From Hydrolagus colliei (lineage: Eukaryota), in the NCBI GenBank assembly GCA_035084275.1, contig CM068756.1, positions 8,494,001 through 8,558,000 of the forward strand: 64,000 bases of DNA. The letters are read 5' to 3'. The notes beneath the pieces were generated by a model. The model was not told where the DNA came from. It searched no databases and worked only from the letters and a program-made list of their open reading frames with translations. A program made the translations under genes and the position numbers. Within the stretch, counting starts at the first letter, position 1; each line of letters begins with the position of its first letter. Below, one piece after another: positions 12,881 through 25,722 of the stretch.

Positions 12881-14166
12881 AGATATGACAAGAGTACACT
12901 ACTAGATCTGCTTCTGGGTAAGAAACAGTGCAGGTATGCCTTAAATAGTATATTTACCTATACAGTACTAACAAAGATGAAATGTCTGTGTATCTGTTTT
13001 GACTCCCAGTCAATAACGCAATAATCGCCTGATGTAGAGACATAATGTTTTCATCAGAGAGGTCTTGCATGGGGGAATGTCATGAGCATTTGGGGGGTGA
13101 GGGGATCTCCTAACATGACTTAAACAAGCTCAGCACACATGTATGGAGTCCGAAAAGGAGTCAACAACAACAACAAAATTACATTTATAGAGGGCCTTTC
13201 ACGTCCAGAGGACGTTCCAAGGAGCTGGGAGCCCAACCGCCCACTCCTCCCAACCAGGAGTCCTCTGAACCAAGTGTCTTCCCAAAAGGATATGTGTGCA
13301 AATATGTGAACAAGGGATGCTGATACAGTATATTCTGCGAAGCGCTTTGAGACAACTAGAAGATGTGAAAAGTACTACATCAAATGCAATGATTATTATT
13401 AATGAGTTCCATAGCAACTTTTCTTAATCTTAAGGGATAAAGATGCCTAAGAAGCGAAGATCAAGCCTTTCAAGGTCAAATAAAAATGTCAAATGCAAGA
13501 GAGAAGCCCGATTAAATGAAATTGGTTTCAAGCGTAACTGCAACTGGTTCATCTAATTACCAATCTCAAGGAACAGAGATATCTCAGAGAGCAAATATAT
13601 AGATATTCAAAGGTGAAGATGTGGGTAGACCACCTGTGGAGATAACATACAAAGATTCCAACTTAGCCTTTCTGTAGCACAGTACTGTATTTCAGTCAAC
13701 TAACACCAATGCGAATACAAGTGGGGTGAAGTTCCAGTCGGCTTTATACTAACTGCCTTTGGCAATGTGGGATCATAACCATAACACTAACCAGAACCTC
13801 AATCCGGTTGTTTCAGGATTCTTAGTCAACAGGAATACATCAAATTCTGTGAAATTAAACATTTCAAAGATACTAAGTTAGATTCGTAATTCAATATGGA
13901 CTTTCATTCAGCATCTTGGGACGTCCTCCCGATGCGAAAGGCGTTTTCTAAATGTAATTTTGTTGTTGTCTTGCCCTTGGATGTCTGGATTCTACACCTC
14001 CAATATATTGCGGTGAATTCAGTTGTCCTTGTAAGTCGTGACACATCCGTCATTCTATTACCCTGCAGTACTATCTGCATATAATGTGGAAATATGTCAA
14101 CTGCAATGGGAAATTTATCTTTCAAATGGTTCATGATACTGCCTCAAAAGTATTTCCATGTCACTT

Positions 14167-14172
14167 TTTATT
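14167..14172 (-). terminator. Candidate polyadenylation signal AATAAA for the long TOX3 isoform (3' UTR about 1.1 kb)
   Basis: TTTATT on the + strand at the end of a repeat-free, AT-rich stretch downstream of the stop; no transcript evidence. Confidence 0.45.
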
Positions 14173-15239
14173 ACAGCCAAAATAAGTAAATTTAAAGATC
14201 AGTTACAATACAGAAAGAAAACTTGAGTTTCTGAATCAAGAAACACATTGGTTTTACTGAAAGATGGATCTGTTAAATGTCAGCTATCATTTTCCAATAA
14301 TTAAACCTTAAATAAGACCACATTTTAATACAAAAAATTAAATACAGACAAAAGTAAAAATATTAAACATTATTGATTTTGGTTTACAGGCTATTTTACT
14401 AGCCATCTCTAACTTGGCTACTGCATTAAAGAGGAGCTTTTTAAAAGCATTTGACCTTATACACAGAATTCTCCTTTAAAGGAGGCACAGTTAAATTGAG
14501 CACACTATGCTAAGACATTGCCATACAAAAGCAATTTCTACAGTACAGTACATAGTAAAATAACTCTCTTTTTGGTTGCAGAACAAATGCATGAAACTAA
14601 CAATGATAAAAGTATTAACATATGGATGCCACACAACTGTTTGAATACATAATGAATCTGGGTTTCTTAAGAACTTAAAAAAATAATTACATCCAAGAAA
14701 CCAAAGTTCTTACACTTGGTCATTGTGTACATTATGTTTGAATGAGAACAATTTCTGGGAACATAAAACCATCCCCTTTAAAGCCACTCCAAAGTAATCT
14801 GAGCTATTATTAAAAAAATGTAGTTAGCATTCCATTTAAATATTATGTTTCACTCAGTACCTTAATCCTTGACTGGCCACAATGACATCACTGTCACAAA
14901 AAAGTAGTTTTTTTTTTCCATCTGTATCTTCTCACAGTCTTCAGCAATCATGCAGAGGCTTGTCATTTACTAAAAGCCATGCCCTTTAAGTTCATGTCAA
15001 ACAAAATAATCATCTGAAGCTACATTACACAATGTAAAATGGCTAGCTCTCCAGGCACTGGCAGAATGGCAGGTGGGCCTAAAGAAAGTCTGTACTGCCT
15101 GTCATTGGAAAGCCTTCTGAAGTTGGTGCCCGTGTAGTTACAAGGAAACAAAGCATGTCAGACTGCCTTTGAGAACATCTTCTTGGCAGTGCGTCTGACA
15201 AATGCTGCGTTTTGGCTACAAAACATCGATGGCAAATCT

Positions 15240-15300
15240 TCACTTCACAGGAGCAGCATTGCTCTGATTACGAGAGACAACCCACGCCGTGAAGACATCC
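15240..15300 (-). CDS. TOX3: TOX3 terminal coding exon 9 (61 nt; (R)DVFTAWVVSRNQSNAAPVK*)
   Basis: Acceptor ttttacag; completes the phase-2 codon AG+G; resembles the TOX4 end [19 protein letters not shown]; TGA at 15240-15242. Confidence 0.9.
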
Positions 15301-16964
15301 CTGTAAAAGACACAAGATTTTAACCTTATTGCAATTACATTTAATCTGAATGAAACATTCCACAAATATTATTACAGGCCCTTAGGCATTGTAGCACCTA
15401 TTCGAAAGCCAGTTAGATAATTAAACTCTATTCTTTCTTCTCTCTCTCTGCCAATATATCTGGACCACAACACGAGAAAGAAAAGGTCACTTGAGCAATA
15501 GATTGAAATTAGATTTTAGTGATAACAAGCATCTTAACCTTTTCAAGGCTAGGCCTGCATGTTTTAATTTAATTAAGCTTGAAAAAAAGTTTATGGTAGA
15601 GTTAAAATCAAAGTTTGAATGCACACTTGGTGATTTGCCTCTGGATTTACCACAATCCCTTTCCTTGCATTAGAATTTCAAATCCATGAATATATATCAA
15701 TATTTTCTAGCAGAGATAACATCGCATCATGCTGGCACTTTTATAATTGCTCAATAAAATGGTCACGCATTGGTATGATTATGGTAACTCAACTGGCAAA
15801 TAAGACCTAATCAGCAGTAATAACATTGGAATTGCACTGTAAACACATCATGTATAATGTTTCAAAGTAGATCTGAACTGTAACTGGGAACCTCTATTCA
15901 CAATAAACATCACAATCTGACGCTGTTAAAACCAGAAAAGCATAGTATTGATAATGATTTTTTTTTTGCTAATTTGGTAACCACATTTCATGCTCCACCA
16001 CTGACTGAAAATCATCAAACCTCACATTACACCCTTTGCTCTTGAAACAGATCGTGTAGAATGGGGCAAGCAGGAAATACCAAACTCTAAATGTGCAGCA
16101 CACTCCTACGCACCAGGTACATCACTCAAAACACATCAGGTTGATATTTGTAGATTCTATTAACCTTTTATTTCCTGATCTATTTACAGTATGGCAATGG
16201 TGAAATTTCACAATGAACTAATGATCATGTTAAGACCAAGTCAGAATGAGAAACTTGCACACTGATACACATCTGCAGAGTGATTAGAAACACAACACTA
16301 TTTACAGTAGTATTAGAGGACTGATGTTTTTTCTTAACATTTTCAAAATCTACCAGATTTGCTTATGTTAAGAAATGTGTCCTGCTGTTCACAAAAAGTG
16401 ACTCAACAGTGAAAATATCAGCAAATAATTTTAGTTTTCAATGATTGAGACCCACAGAATTCACTAAGAATCCATTCCACAGAAGCAATTTTTTTTATAA
16501 CACACACTCACCCAATATGCTGAGCTTTCATTAATGAGAAACATTAGTCTTTAAATTCAGAAGTTGCGGCGTATATATGTATTTCTGTATTACAAGGCTT
16601 GATGGGATAATCAGTATTTGATCGGTTTTAAACTGACAGTGATTGATGATTGAAATTACAAGTACTAAAACAAAATTGGTACATTAAGATCACAATGCAT
16701 CTTAATGTGTTGCAAGACAATGGAAAAGTAATACCAAGCCCATCTCTGCCTTTAAAACGGGTTTTAAAAACTTGAATTGCATGACCTACCACTGCAGTTC
16801 AAAACTTTGTGAATTAGAGACTTTTAGCTGAAAATATGTTGTAGACTTGGTTTGATATTTTTGTTTGTTTCTGTCAGCTAAGTGTGCCTTCAAAAATATC
16901 GAAAATATCTTTATTTAATCTGAATGTAATTGATCTGATAAAACAGGTATATGTGAAATATTAC

Positions 16965-17140
16965 CTGCAGTGGTTAACTACACACCCGCTGCTACAGTAT
17001 TCATTATCCCACTCCACACTCTGGATTGGTGGATTTGTGCAGCCAGTCCTCATGCATCGTATTGGAGTGGTAGCACCCACAGGAGCTGGTATGGGAGAGG
17101 TGATGACAGGCTGGACTTCGGGTAGAGACGGTGAAAAGGT
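16965..17140 (-). CDS. TOX3: TOX3 coding exon 8 (176 nt; TFSPSLPEVQPVITSPIPAPVGATTPIRCMRTGCTNPPIQSVEWDNEYCSSGCVVNHCR)
   Basis: Not in the ORF track; translated by hand. Acceptor ttccag, donor CAG|gtaata, in frame with exon 7. Resembles the TOX4 C-terminal CVRSGCENPP...[16 protein letters not shown] motif. Confidence 0.9.
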
Positions 17141-20100
17141 CTGGAAGTAGTTAAAAACTATTTAAATATGTGATTTTTTTCTAATTTTAATCCAAATGTT
17201 TTAAATGGTCTTGTTGTGGACGGCAAATAGCCTGCAAACTTATGTCTCTCTCTAGTGGTCAACAAGATGTGAATGTAATAGAAGTAGTATCAATAGCCAA
17301 CAATGAATAATGATACCAGGTCTTCATGCAGTGAATAGTTAGGGGTCCCGAGAAGGTGTTTTCTGCCTTAATAGCATGTCTTGATACACCAAATGTAAAG
17401 CTGCCCCCTGCTCCAGCCTCCTGGTAACCAGAGTGTACACACAACGGGAGAGAATAAAGTACCCAGTCTAGGTTTTGAATATTGCCTAAGGTCAAGCATT
17501 AAACCTTATGCAAAGTAACAGAATTCGCACTCATTCTTTTCAAGGGAGTGATTGACCTACGGATACAGGAATGAAGAAAATTATACTTACTTTGGCTTCC
17601 AACAGACAAGAGCTAGCAAGGACTGCATACAAATTAGAGAGCAAAAGCACTCCTCAACAAAACAGGGGTCATTTTAGGCAATGCCGTCTCAAAAAAAGCA
17701 TTATTTTCTGAGAGCATGTCCTTGTAAATCCAACACAATAATTGGTAATTACAATTCAAATTAAAAATTAGCAAAGGCACCATTTGAATGTTCTAACACC
17801 AGAAATTAATTGGATTGACAGTATGAGGTTCAACTAATCTATCTTGCCTTTGTATTTTCACAGAGTAGTGTTTGAAATGGAAAACTGAGCAAAGAGACAC
17901 TTTTTGAATCACAATCCACCTTATCTTCACAATACGCAACATAAACACAAAAGGACTGCACAAAAGCAAAACACACACACAAAAATATATCTCTGCCTCT
18001 CCCATTTATCTAAAGTACTACACTACCACAATGCCACGTTCCCATGGAAACAAACAGATAACCTGTATTGAAAAGAAAACAATGATAGATTACATGTACA
18101 TGCAATGTCATATCCAATTAACTCAAATTGACTGTGTACTGCATTATGCGGCTTCCCCTACAGCAGATCAATAAATATAAGCTAAATCCAACAAAGTTCT
18201 CAATTTTTTTCCCAGCCCAGCGTACTAAGTCCAAGACAGATCATGCTACTCTGATCCGAACACTGCTGCTAAGGGGGCAGGTGGTGAATAGACACCATTC
18301 AAACTTGGCCTATTCAGTCCAAACTACTCTAACACTCCATTCATGCATAGCAAAACACCATCTGGTCCTATTTTCCCTCCAGCAATCACAGCTGACCAAA
18401 AACGATGATAACAGCTGTTACAAAACAAAAGCCAAACAAAGGGGCAGGAAAGGTTATACTCCAGTCCAGTCCTGAAAAATAGTCCATGAAGTAGTAATGG
18501 AAAGACGCCTTTCAAATGCTTAAAGACTATTCAATGGAGCAGGCAGAAGACACTGGTTAAACCTGAGATATTTAATCCATCTGTCTCGTAATACTGCACA
18601 CATCAATGGGTCAGGTGATAATGGTTGACTGAAATTATGCTGCTTACAGTCATCGAGGCTGTTGTACTCTAACTTGGTGATTAATGACCTAGTGCCAACT
18701 ATAATTAAAACTTTTTTGTGTTCTTTCAACTTATGTCAATGCTGATTTAATGGGAACTGAACTTGTTTTGTGCTGGAATGATGATACTGCTCTCTGCAAA
18801 CATGGGAAAGGGCCTACTGTGCTCTCTCACTGAACTCAATGAAAACAAATGGGATCATTTAAGGCTCAATGAGTTAAAAAACAGTGAAGCTCATCAAATG
18901 TTTTTTTATGTGACTGTACAATTTTTAACCTAGCTATTTGCACAAGGAATAGTTAATGAAAGGACGAAGATATTTTTTTCTATGCAGGCAAGGTATCACA
19001 TCATAATTTTACACTGGACTTAATTTCCCCAGGGTAGAATAATTCACATCAACTTTAATTTCTGAAACGGGCCCCAAAATAAAATATGGTCACAGCACTC
19101 ATGTCAAAAATTTACTTAGACAAAATAGTAATGTGTCAAAAAAAATCTTTATATTGCAAACTGCCAACCTCATATCAATTTTCTGATGGCGAAAGAGATG
19201 CTGATTGCAGAAGAACATTTCCACACAGCAAGCTTTGTCCTTTCCAATATAATTTATTCTAAGCAATGAGTTTAAGAATTTAATCAGATACACACTACCA
19301 CGTTATTAAATATTTGTACACAAGGATCAAAACATGGAACAGTTGCACAGCAAAGGAGAAATCTCTGTTTCTTTATCAATGAGACGTGTAATCCAGCCTC
19401 TACACAATACCTGCTATTTCCTGAGTGCTCATTATTTTAATTTCTGTTTGCATCTAGTAGCTGGTAGCTATGGACACATACTCTAGCATGTGCCCCAGTG
19501 TGTATTGGGATTCCAGTCATGCATGACACTTGCTGTTTTTAATTTTCATTTTATCATCAGCAGTTTAAGGTTGTTGCCAGTGCTAATTTGCAATTTTAAC
19601 CAGACTTCTTCACTATAGCTTCTGACAGGACAGATGCTGTAATTAATCACTGGAGACAGCTGGGGATGGCAGCCATGCTGTTCCAGAAAACATTACTACT
19701 GCAGCCTCATTTTTGAAGCACTTGGATGAGAAATGAAATAACGTGAACTGCTAATCCCATCTGGGTGCTCACAAAGGTGTTCAGTATCTTTTTTTCCTCA
19801 ACACCAGTAGCACAGAAATTTCTGATACATCTGGTGAGGAACGTTACGCATGTTAAGGAGTCCTAATACAAAACTCGGACCGATTACACAATCCGTTCTA
19901 ACTCAGAACTAATTCAATGAATATTATTTATTTTAGGACGCAACACAGCCTTTGAACTCAGATTCTTTCCAGTACATCAGTATGCGGGGAGAGTACTTCT
20001 AGTTTTGAGAGCAATTTTGATTACAGAGTACTGCATTAGAATGCGTTGTGACCATAACAGTGCAATGGGGAATGTTCTGAAAACAACAAATTCTGTTGGC

Positions 20101-21653
20101 AGAGCTCAATGAAAGAAGGTGGATCGTTGTAATTTCAAGTACTCAAAGAACATACAGTAAAACATATAGTTTAAACATATAGCTTACTACGTAAGCCACT
20201 TATCTATTCTGCACAACACTTTTACTGAGGATTCAATTTGGCTGAGTTCCATACTCCAAACAAGCTACTGTATTGAATTGATGCTAAGGACTGTGGTACG
20301 AAACTGCTTTACAATTTATTTTGATAAACAAAAACACGTCATCATTAAATGTTCTCAGGCAATTCATTTGACGGCCATTAAGAGTTCTAATGTTCTCCAC
20401 AAGTCAGTCACCCTGCTCTTTAATAACATTACAAATTCAACCAACAGGGGAGCTTGCGTAGCGTTATCCTCAGTCCTTAGTCAGAGTGATTAAGAGCGGA
20501 GAATGTGAATCCAGATTCCAGTTTCAATTGCTCTACCAACTCCTTAACCAGTCACAAAGTAATTCAAGTACTATTCTAATTTAAAACACAAAAACATGTC
20601 AGTGTTTGCAGCTCCAAGATACAATCCATCCTAATCCCAAATCCTTGCTCATTCCCCATACCCTCCTTCGCCTGTGTGTGTTTGTCTAATTCTTTTCTGA
20701 ATGCTTTTGTATTAAATTAATTGTTCTATTTAACATTAGCAAAGCATTTCACAAACTAAATACAGTACTGTAAAACAAATTTGTTTCACCAAACTTGTTA
20801 GTGGAATGTAGTTGCTGGAGAGTTTGGAAAAATAGTATTTAATTTGCAATATTTCTTAGCAGGATTTCTTATGGTTTCTCAATAGAATTTCCATCACTAA
20901 GAATAGAAAAGTGCAGTATAGTTTATGTAGAATTTTTAGATAAATGTACTATGTTAATTAAATATCTCTCATGGTTGTTGATGAGATATTGCTGTGTGCA
21001 AATTGCCTGGCATGTTTGCTTACAAATGCACAATCACTACACTTCACAGTAAAATCTTGTGAAGTGCTTTGAGATGTTTCAACAATGTGTTAACTTACTG
21101 TACTAAACGCAAAGTTATATATAAAATTATATTAAATATAACTGCACCCAATTACCACTCATTTCTTTAACGTTGCATCTTTTATTTAAACAAATGGCTG
21201 AATTGTTTTTGAACAGTTTCTTCAAAGAACTAGATTATAAAGAAAGATGAAGGAGATCTCATCGTTGTACAAAATGTGTTTTATACACAGGGCAGAACAG
21301 AAATAAACATCTCTATTTCACATCGACGTCAATACCTTTATTGAACTGTAATGATTTTTTTGGTGGGTGGAGCAGGAAATCTACATTGGGATCATCCTTT
21401 CTCAAAGCACTGCAGAATATTGCGGAGTAAAAACGTTTTTCATTCAGAACAGACAAAGCACTTTGCGATGTCTGGAAGACTTGAAAAGCGCTATACCAAA
21501 CGCAAGGATTATTATTATTTTTAGATCATTAATTAATACATCAGATTTACCAACATTACACACAGTTCCCAGTCACCCCTGATGGGCGATATGTGCCAGG
21601 ATTAGGTCACATGTGACTGGCATTAAAGTTTCATAATTTGAATGCTTACTGAC

Positions 21654-21817
21654 CTGCGGCAATATTTGGGTCTGGGCCTGGGTTTGCAGCGGAGATTGCT
21701 GTTGCTGCTGGGCTGGCTGTGGACTTGACCGCGTGGGGATCGGAGAGGTGATCTGCGTGGCCACCGCCGACTGCGACGGGACAGGGGAATGCTGAGGCGG
21801 CGAGTGCTGAGGTGGGG

Positions 21818-21848
<31 letters not shown>

Positions 21849-21981
21849 CTGCTGCTGCTGTTGCAGTATTTGCTGTTTTTGCATGTGCTGGAGCTGCATT
21901 TGCTGTAACTGCTGCTGGATCTGCTGCTGGATCTGCTGCTGCTGGAGCTGCTGCTGCATGTGCTGTTGCATCTGTTGCTGC

Positions 21982-22014
<33 letters not shown>

Positions 22015-22466
22015 ATTTGGTGGTGCTGCATGTGCTGCTGCTGCTGCTGGATTTGGTGCTGTTGCTGTTGCTGGATCTGCTGGTGTTGCATTTGCTGCTG
22101 CATCTGCTGCTGCATCTGCTGCTGCTGGAAGTGCTGCAACTGCTGCTGCTGCATCTGCTGCATGTGATGTTGCTGCGGCTGCAGCGGGGGGCTGAGCTGG
22201 GGCGACGGTGGATTGGGGACCATGTTCGGTGACATGTTGGCCGCCATGTTAACCGAAGACACCAGTTGATTGGCTTGCAAGGGCAACCTCAGCGGCTTGG
22301 GGGCTATTGCCCTCGGCAGCGTCTGTTGAAGAGACTGGGCCGAGGCCGAGGCGGGTCCAAGCTGAGAAAGTGGGGAATTCATAAGGAGGGACGATGAAAG
22401 GCTGGTCGACGCCAACGTCTGTTGGACAGAACGCATGGTCTGAGCTTCGGCAGATTCTGCTGCGGC
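21654..22466 (-). CDS. TOX3: TOX3 coding exon 7 (813 nt; [20 protein letters not shown]...polyQ...TQILPQ)
   Basis: Start [15 protein letters not shown] motif, polyglutamine region and QITSPIP motif are TOX3-like; acceptor cctag, donor CAG|gtcagt. Without splicing the frame continues to a stop at 21573-21575. Confidence 0.94.
21819..22180 (-). repeat. Interrupted (CAG/CAA)n coding repeat (polyQ) in exon 7
   Basis: (CTG)n-rich tract on the + strand, broken by Met, His, Ile and Leu codons. Confidence 0.95.
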
Positions 22467-22532
22467 CTAGGGAGAGAATGCAGTACAGCAACGTGAGGTC
22501 AAGTTAGCACAATACAATAAAATTAAACACAA

Positions 22533-22700
22533 CGCAAAACACTGCAGATGCTGGAAATCTAAAGCGAAAACAGAAGTCACTGGGAACACTCGGCAGGTCA
22601 GGCAGCATCTATCGAGAATGGAAAGTGAATCAACATTTCAGGTCCATGACTCTTCGTCAGAACCGGAGCATGTTGGGAGGGAGAGGGTTTTAAGGACTAA
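22533..22700 (-). mobile_element. Penelope-like element terminal fragment with a hammerhead-like core
   Basis: ctgcagatgctggaaatc...ggcaggtcaggcagcatct...aacatttcaggtccatgactcttcgtcagaac resembles an abundant shark Penelope-associated repeat (from memory); the minus strand reads CTGACGA...GAAA. Confidence 0.6.
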
Positions 22701-22749
22701 CAGAGAGGGGGGAGGCAGGGCGAGGAAGACAAAGGAAAACATGGGATAG

Positions 22750-23000
22750 AGGATTCTACACTGCCATTTCAGTTCGGGAGGATGTTTCAAATCACCTCAC
22801 ACTGGAAGCTGGGCACCTGGTTAGGATACCCAGAGAGATAGGGAGGGGAAAGATGACCGAAAGGGCGGACAAAGAAGTGCAGTTCGAGAGGAGCCTTAAA
22901 AGATGGGAGTCAGGGTGGGAGCAGGTCAGAAAGACTGTGGAGATGAAGTTCCAGAGAACAGGGACATATTAGTTGAAAGCCTATTCACCAAAGCTGGGAC
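22750..23000 (-). mobile_element. Degenerate L2 3' end
   Basis: ttcagttcgggaggatgtt tail, gagttccagagaacaggg, gttgaaagcc. Confidence 0.55.
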
Positions 23001-23439
23001 ATAACAGAATACAAATGAATAATAGAATAAGACTCATAAAAATCCTTCACAGTACAGGGTATTCGGTATGTAATGATCACGGTTATGAAAGGTGATCGCT
23101 GCACCATCAGTTGCAAGTACCAAGGGGCAGCTCACCGTTAGATTTAGAATTTGTGTTAAAAGAAAGCAGTACTATTTTCAAAATCAAATTATATTTTCTC
23201 AGCTTCTCAATGTACTTTGGTGCAAATGCAAAAGCTAAACTGTCCTGGGCTGTTGTCAATTTGGACTCATTTGTATTTCGGAGTGATTTGCCATGTATCC
23301 ATCACATGTCAAATGTTGGCTTTCATCTCCTAAGCACATTTGCTCCAGTCTTTCCCAGATAGATACAGATAGAGCAGCTCTTTAAATATGATATACTGCA
23401 TTAAACAAAATAAGGTTATGTATCCCTTTAATAACAATT

Positions 23440-23630
23440 AATAACAATAATAATCCTTACATTGGACATAGTGCCTTATCATGTCTTCAAAACATCTCAA
23501 AGCGCTTCACATTAATATACAACAACAACAACTTTGATTTATATAGCGTCCTCCACGCCAGACGGCATCTCAGAGCACTTCAAATACTTCACAGTCAACA
23601 TGAATTGACTGTATATTTTGTGAGCGAAAC
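23440..23630 (-). mobile_element. SINE 3' fragment interrupted by a nested short L2-type tail (about 23518-23590)
   Basis: SINE tail aataatccttacattgg...aagcgcttcac is broken by acaacaacaactttgatttatatagcg...; the SINE resumes at tgaattgactgtatatttt. Confidence 0.75.
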
Positions 23631-24874
23631 AAGAATAATACAGGAGAAAATACAAATGTATGCAACCACAACTGGTCATCTTACTGATTTTACATTTTAA
23701 GTGAATTAAAGGGAAAGGGCATAGAATTGTTTTTTTCCCCTGACACTGCCCTAAGGGTATTCCTGTGCTTCAATTGACATTTCACACTTATTTCAGTATT
23801 GCTATGATGCCACTTTGTTCAGCAGATGATGATCAGATGAATCAGCTTGGATGCTGGAGAGAATGTTGTTAGGATTCTGCTGGTTCATATGTTTGTCAGG
23901 GTAAGAAAAGGAAAAAAACAAACTTGACTTCCCATACAATGAGCAGTGATAAAAATCAGATGATACTATTGTATCCCATGAAAAATACATCAATTGGCTC
24001 AAATTTAAAATGATCAAGAGTGGAAGAATACGCAACTTTCAGATAGCCTGGAACAAATTTGATGTGCGTGGATCCTATTGGATTTATTTCCATTGATTTA
24101 ATAAGGTTTTTTTTTAGCAGAGGTGTTGGTTGATCAACATTGTTGATCAATTGTTCATTTCCTTCAATCATCAAAAGCATTCCTAGTTTGATAACATGAC
24201 ACGAAGGAAATGGCATGTTACGTGTGTCTATTTGGAAATGATTTGTTTTGCACCTTTGTTCCCTGGTGGCAATAATTGCAGTACATTTTGAAAATAATAA
24301 GCATATAAAGCCACTAACTACGATATTAATCAATCCATGTCAAAACAGATTTTACAATACAAACTATATTGCGCACTGGATTCAGCCCAGTCGTAAAAAA
24401 ATATAAAATGGGTAATGAGATGAAAGAAATTTTTTTCATACAATACATGGTTCGAATTCCTATTAATGAAGCTTAATTTTGTCAGCCAAAACTTATCTTA
24501 CAGTTAAAGGATACAGAATGGGATTGATAAGGTGTTGTTTACATTCAGTACGTCAACAGTCAGTTGCACTTATCTGCACAGAAGGCAGAAGTGCAACGTA
24601 GAACAGCTCCCGCATTTCATTGAGTCCCTATTATATATAAATTTATATCAGAAGTACACAACAACTTGAATTTGTATAGAACCACAAATGCAGAAATAGT
24701 AGCACATTGGTGGGGTTCTGTATAAACAAAAGGTGACTATAAGTGCAGTAGGTAGGTCTTCAGGTGGTATTTAAAGAGAAGACTGATGAACCAAAGAGCC
24801 TTCTTCATCCAGCACAGGCACATTACATTTATGAACTCGGCACAATGAACAAACTGCATTCAGTATATTCCTAC

Positions 24875-24955
24875 CTTTGAAACAAGGCTGGCTCTGTAAG
24901 CAGCAAGAGCTTTTAGGTATTCTTTTTTGGCAGCTTCAGTTTTCCTTTTGTAGAC
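24875..24955 (-). CDS. TOX3: TOX3 coding exon 6 (81 nt; HMG box helix 3, [27 protein letters not shown])
   Basis: Manual translation matches the end of the TOX3 HMG box; acceptor ctag, donor AAG|gtagga. Confidence 0.97.
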
Positions 24956-25016
24956 CTAGATAAAATATAGATATTTCTCATTTGTTGAAATATAATGCAT
25001 TGCAATCAAACAAAAT

Positions 25017-25150
25017 ATAATAATAATAATCCTTGCATTTTATATAGTAACGTTCACATCAGGAGGACGTCTCAAAGTGCTTTACAGAATTTACTGTAAA
25101 GTGTAGTGACTGTGTATTTTGTAGGTGAACTCAGCAACTAATTTGTGCAT
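25017..25150 (-). mobile_element. SINE 3' fragment in TOX3 intron 5
   Basis: taataatccttgcatttt...gactgtgtattttgtagg. Confidence 0.7.
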
Positions 25151-25494
25151 TGGTTTTCCATTCATTTTATTTTTAGTCTGGCCCGACTTGGAGCAGGAGC
25201 TTTTCTGGTTAGCTTTCTCATTATGCATTTCTTGTTTCAGTAACAATATTTAAGTACACAAATGGCACTGGTGTCATTGTCATTAGAATAATCCTAGAAT
25301 AATATAGGATTATACCATCATAAGATTGCATTTAATATAGTGCCTCAGCACATCTTTGAGATGTCTCAAAGTGGCCGAACCATTATGCGGTTGAGTAAAA
25401 TGTTGACACAGTTCATTCATATTTTTCATCAAAATCCATGTGAGCAATAGTTCTCATTCAGTTCAAGATTTGTCACTGTGTTGGCCAGTGTTAC

Positions 25495-25722
25495 CTGCTT
25501 TTGTTCCTCTCCCAGACTGTCCCACATGGAAGCCACAATTTTAGAAACTTCTCCAAATGTAGCATTTGGGTTTTGTCCTTTAATGGCAGCTTGAGTGTCC
25601 CTGAAGAACAGCGCATAGGCTGAAACCGGCTTCTGGGGTTCGTTGGGATCTTTCTTCTTCTTTTTCTTTGGTGTCTTCGGTTTTTTCCCCGAATCCCCTG
25701 CAGCTCGTTTTTCAACACTTAC
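25495..25722 (-). CDS. TOX3: TOX3 coding exon 5 (228 nt; basic NLS plus N-terminal part of the HMG box)
   Basis: [76 protein letters not shown]; acceptor acag, donor CAG|gtaaca. Confidence 0.98.

Noticed and set aside
21812-22232. Plus-strand poly-Ala, poly-Cys and poly-Leu ORFs
   Set aside because: Antisense shadows of the CAG-rich TOX3 exon 7; no independent gene signals.
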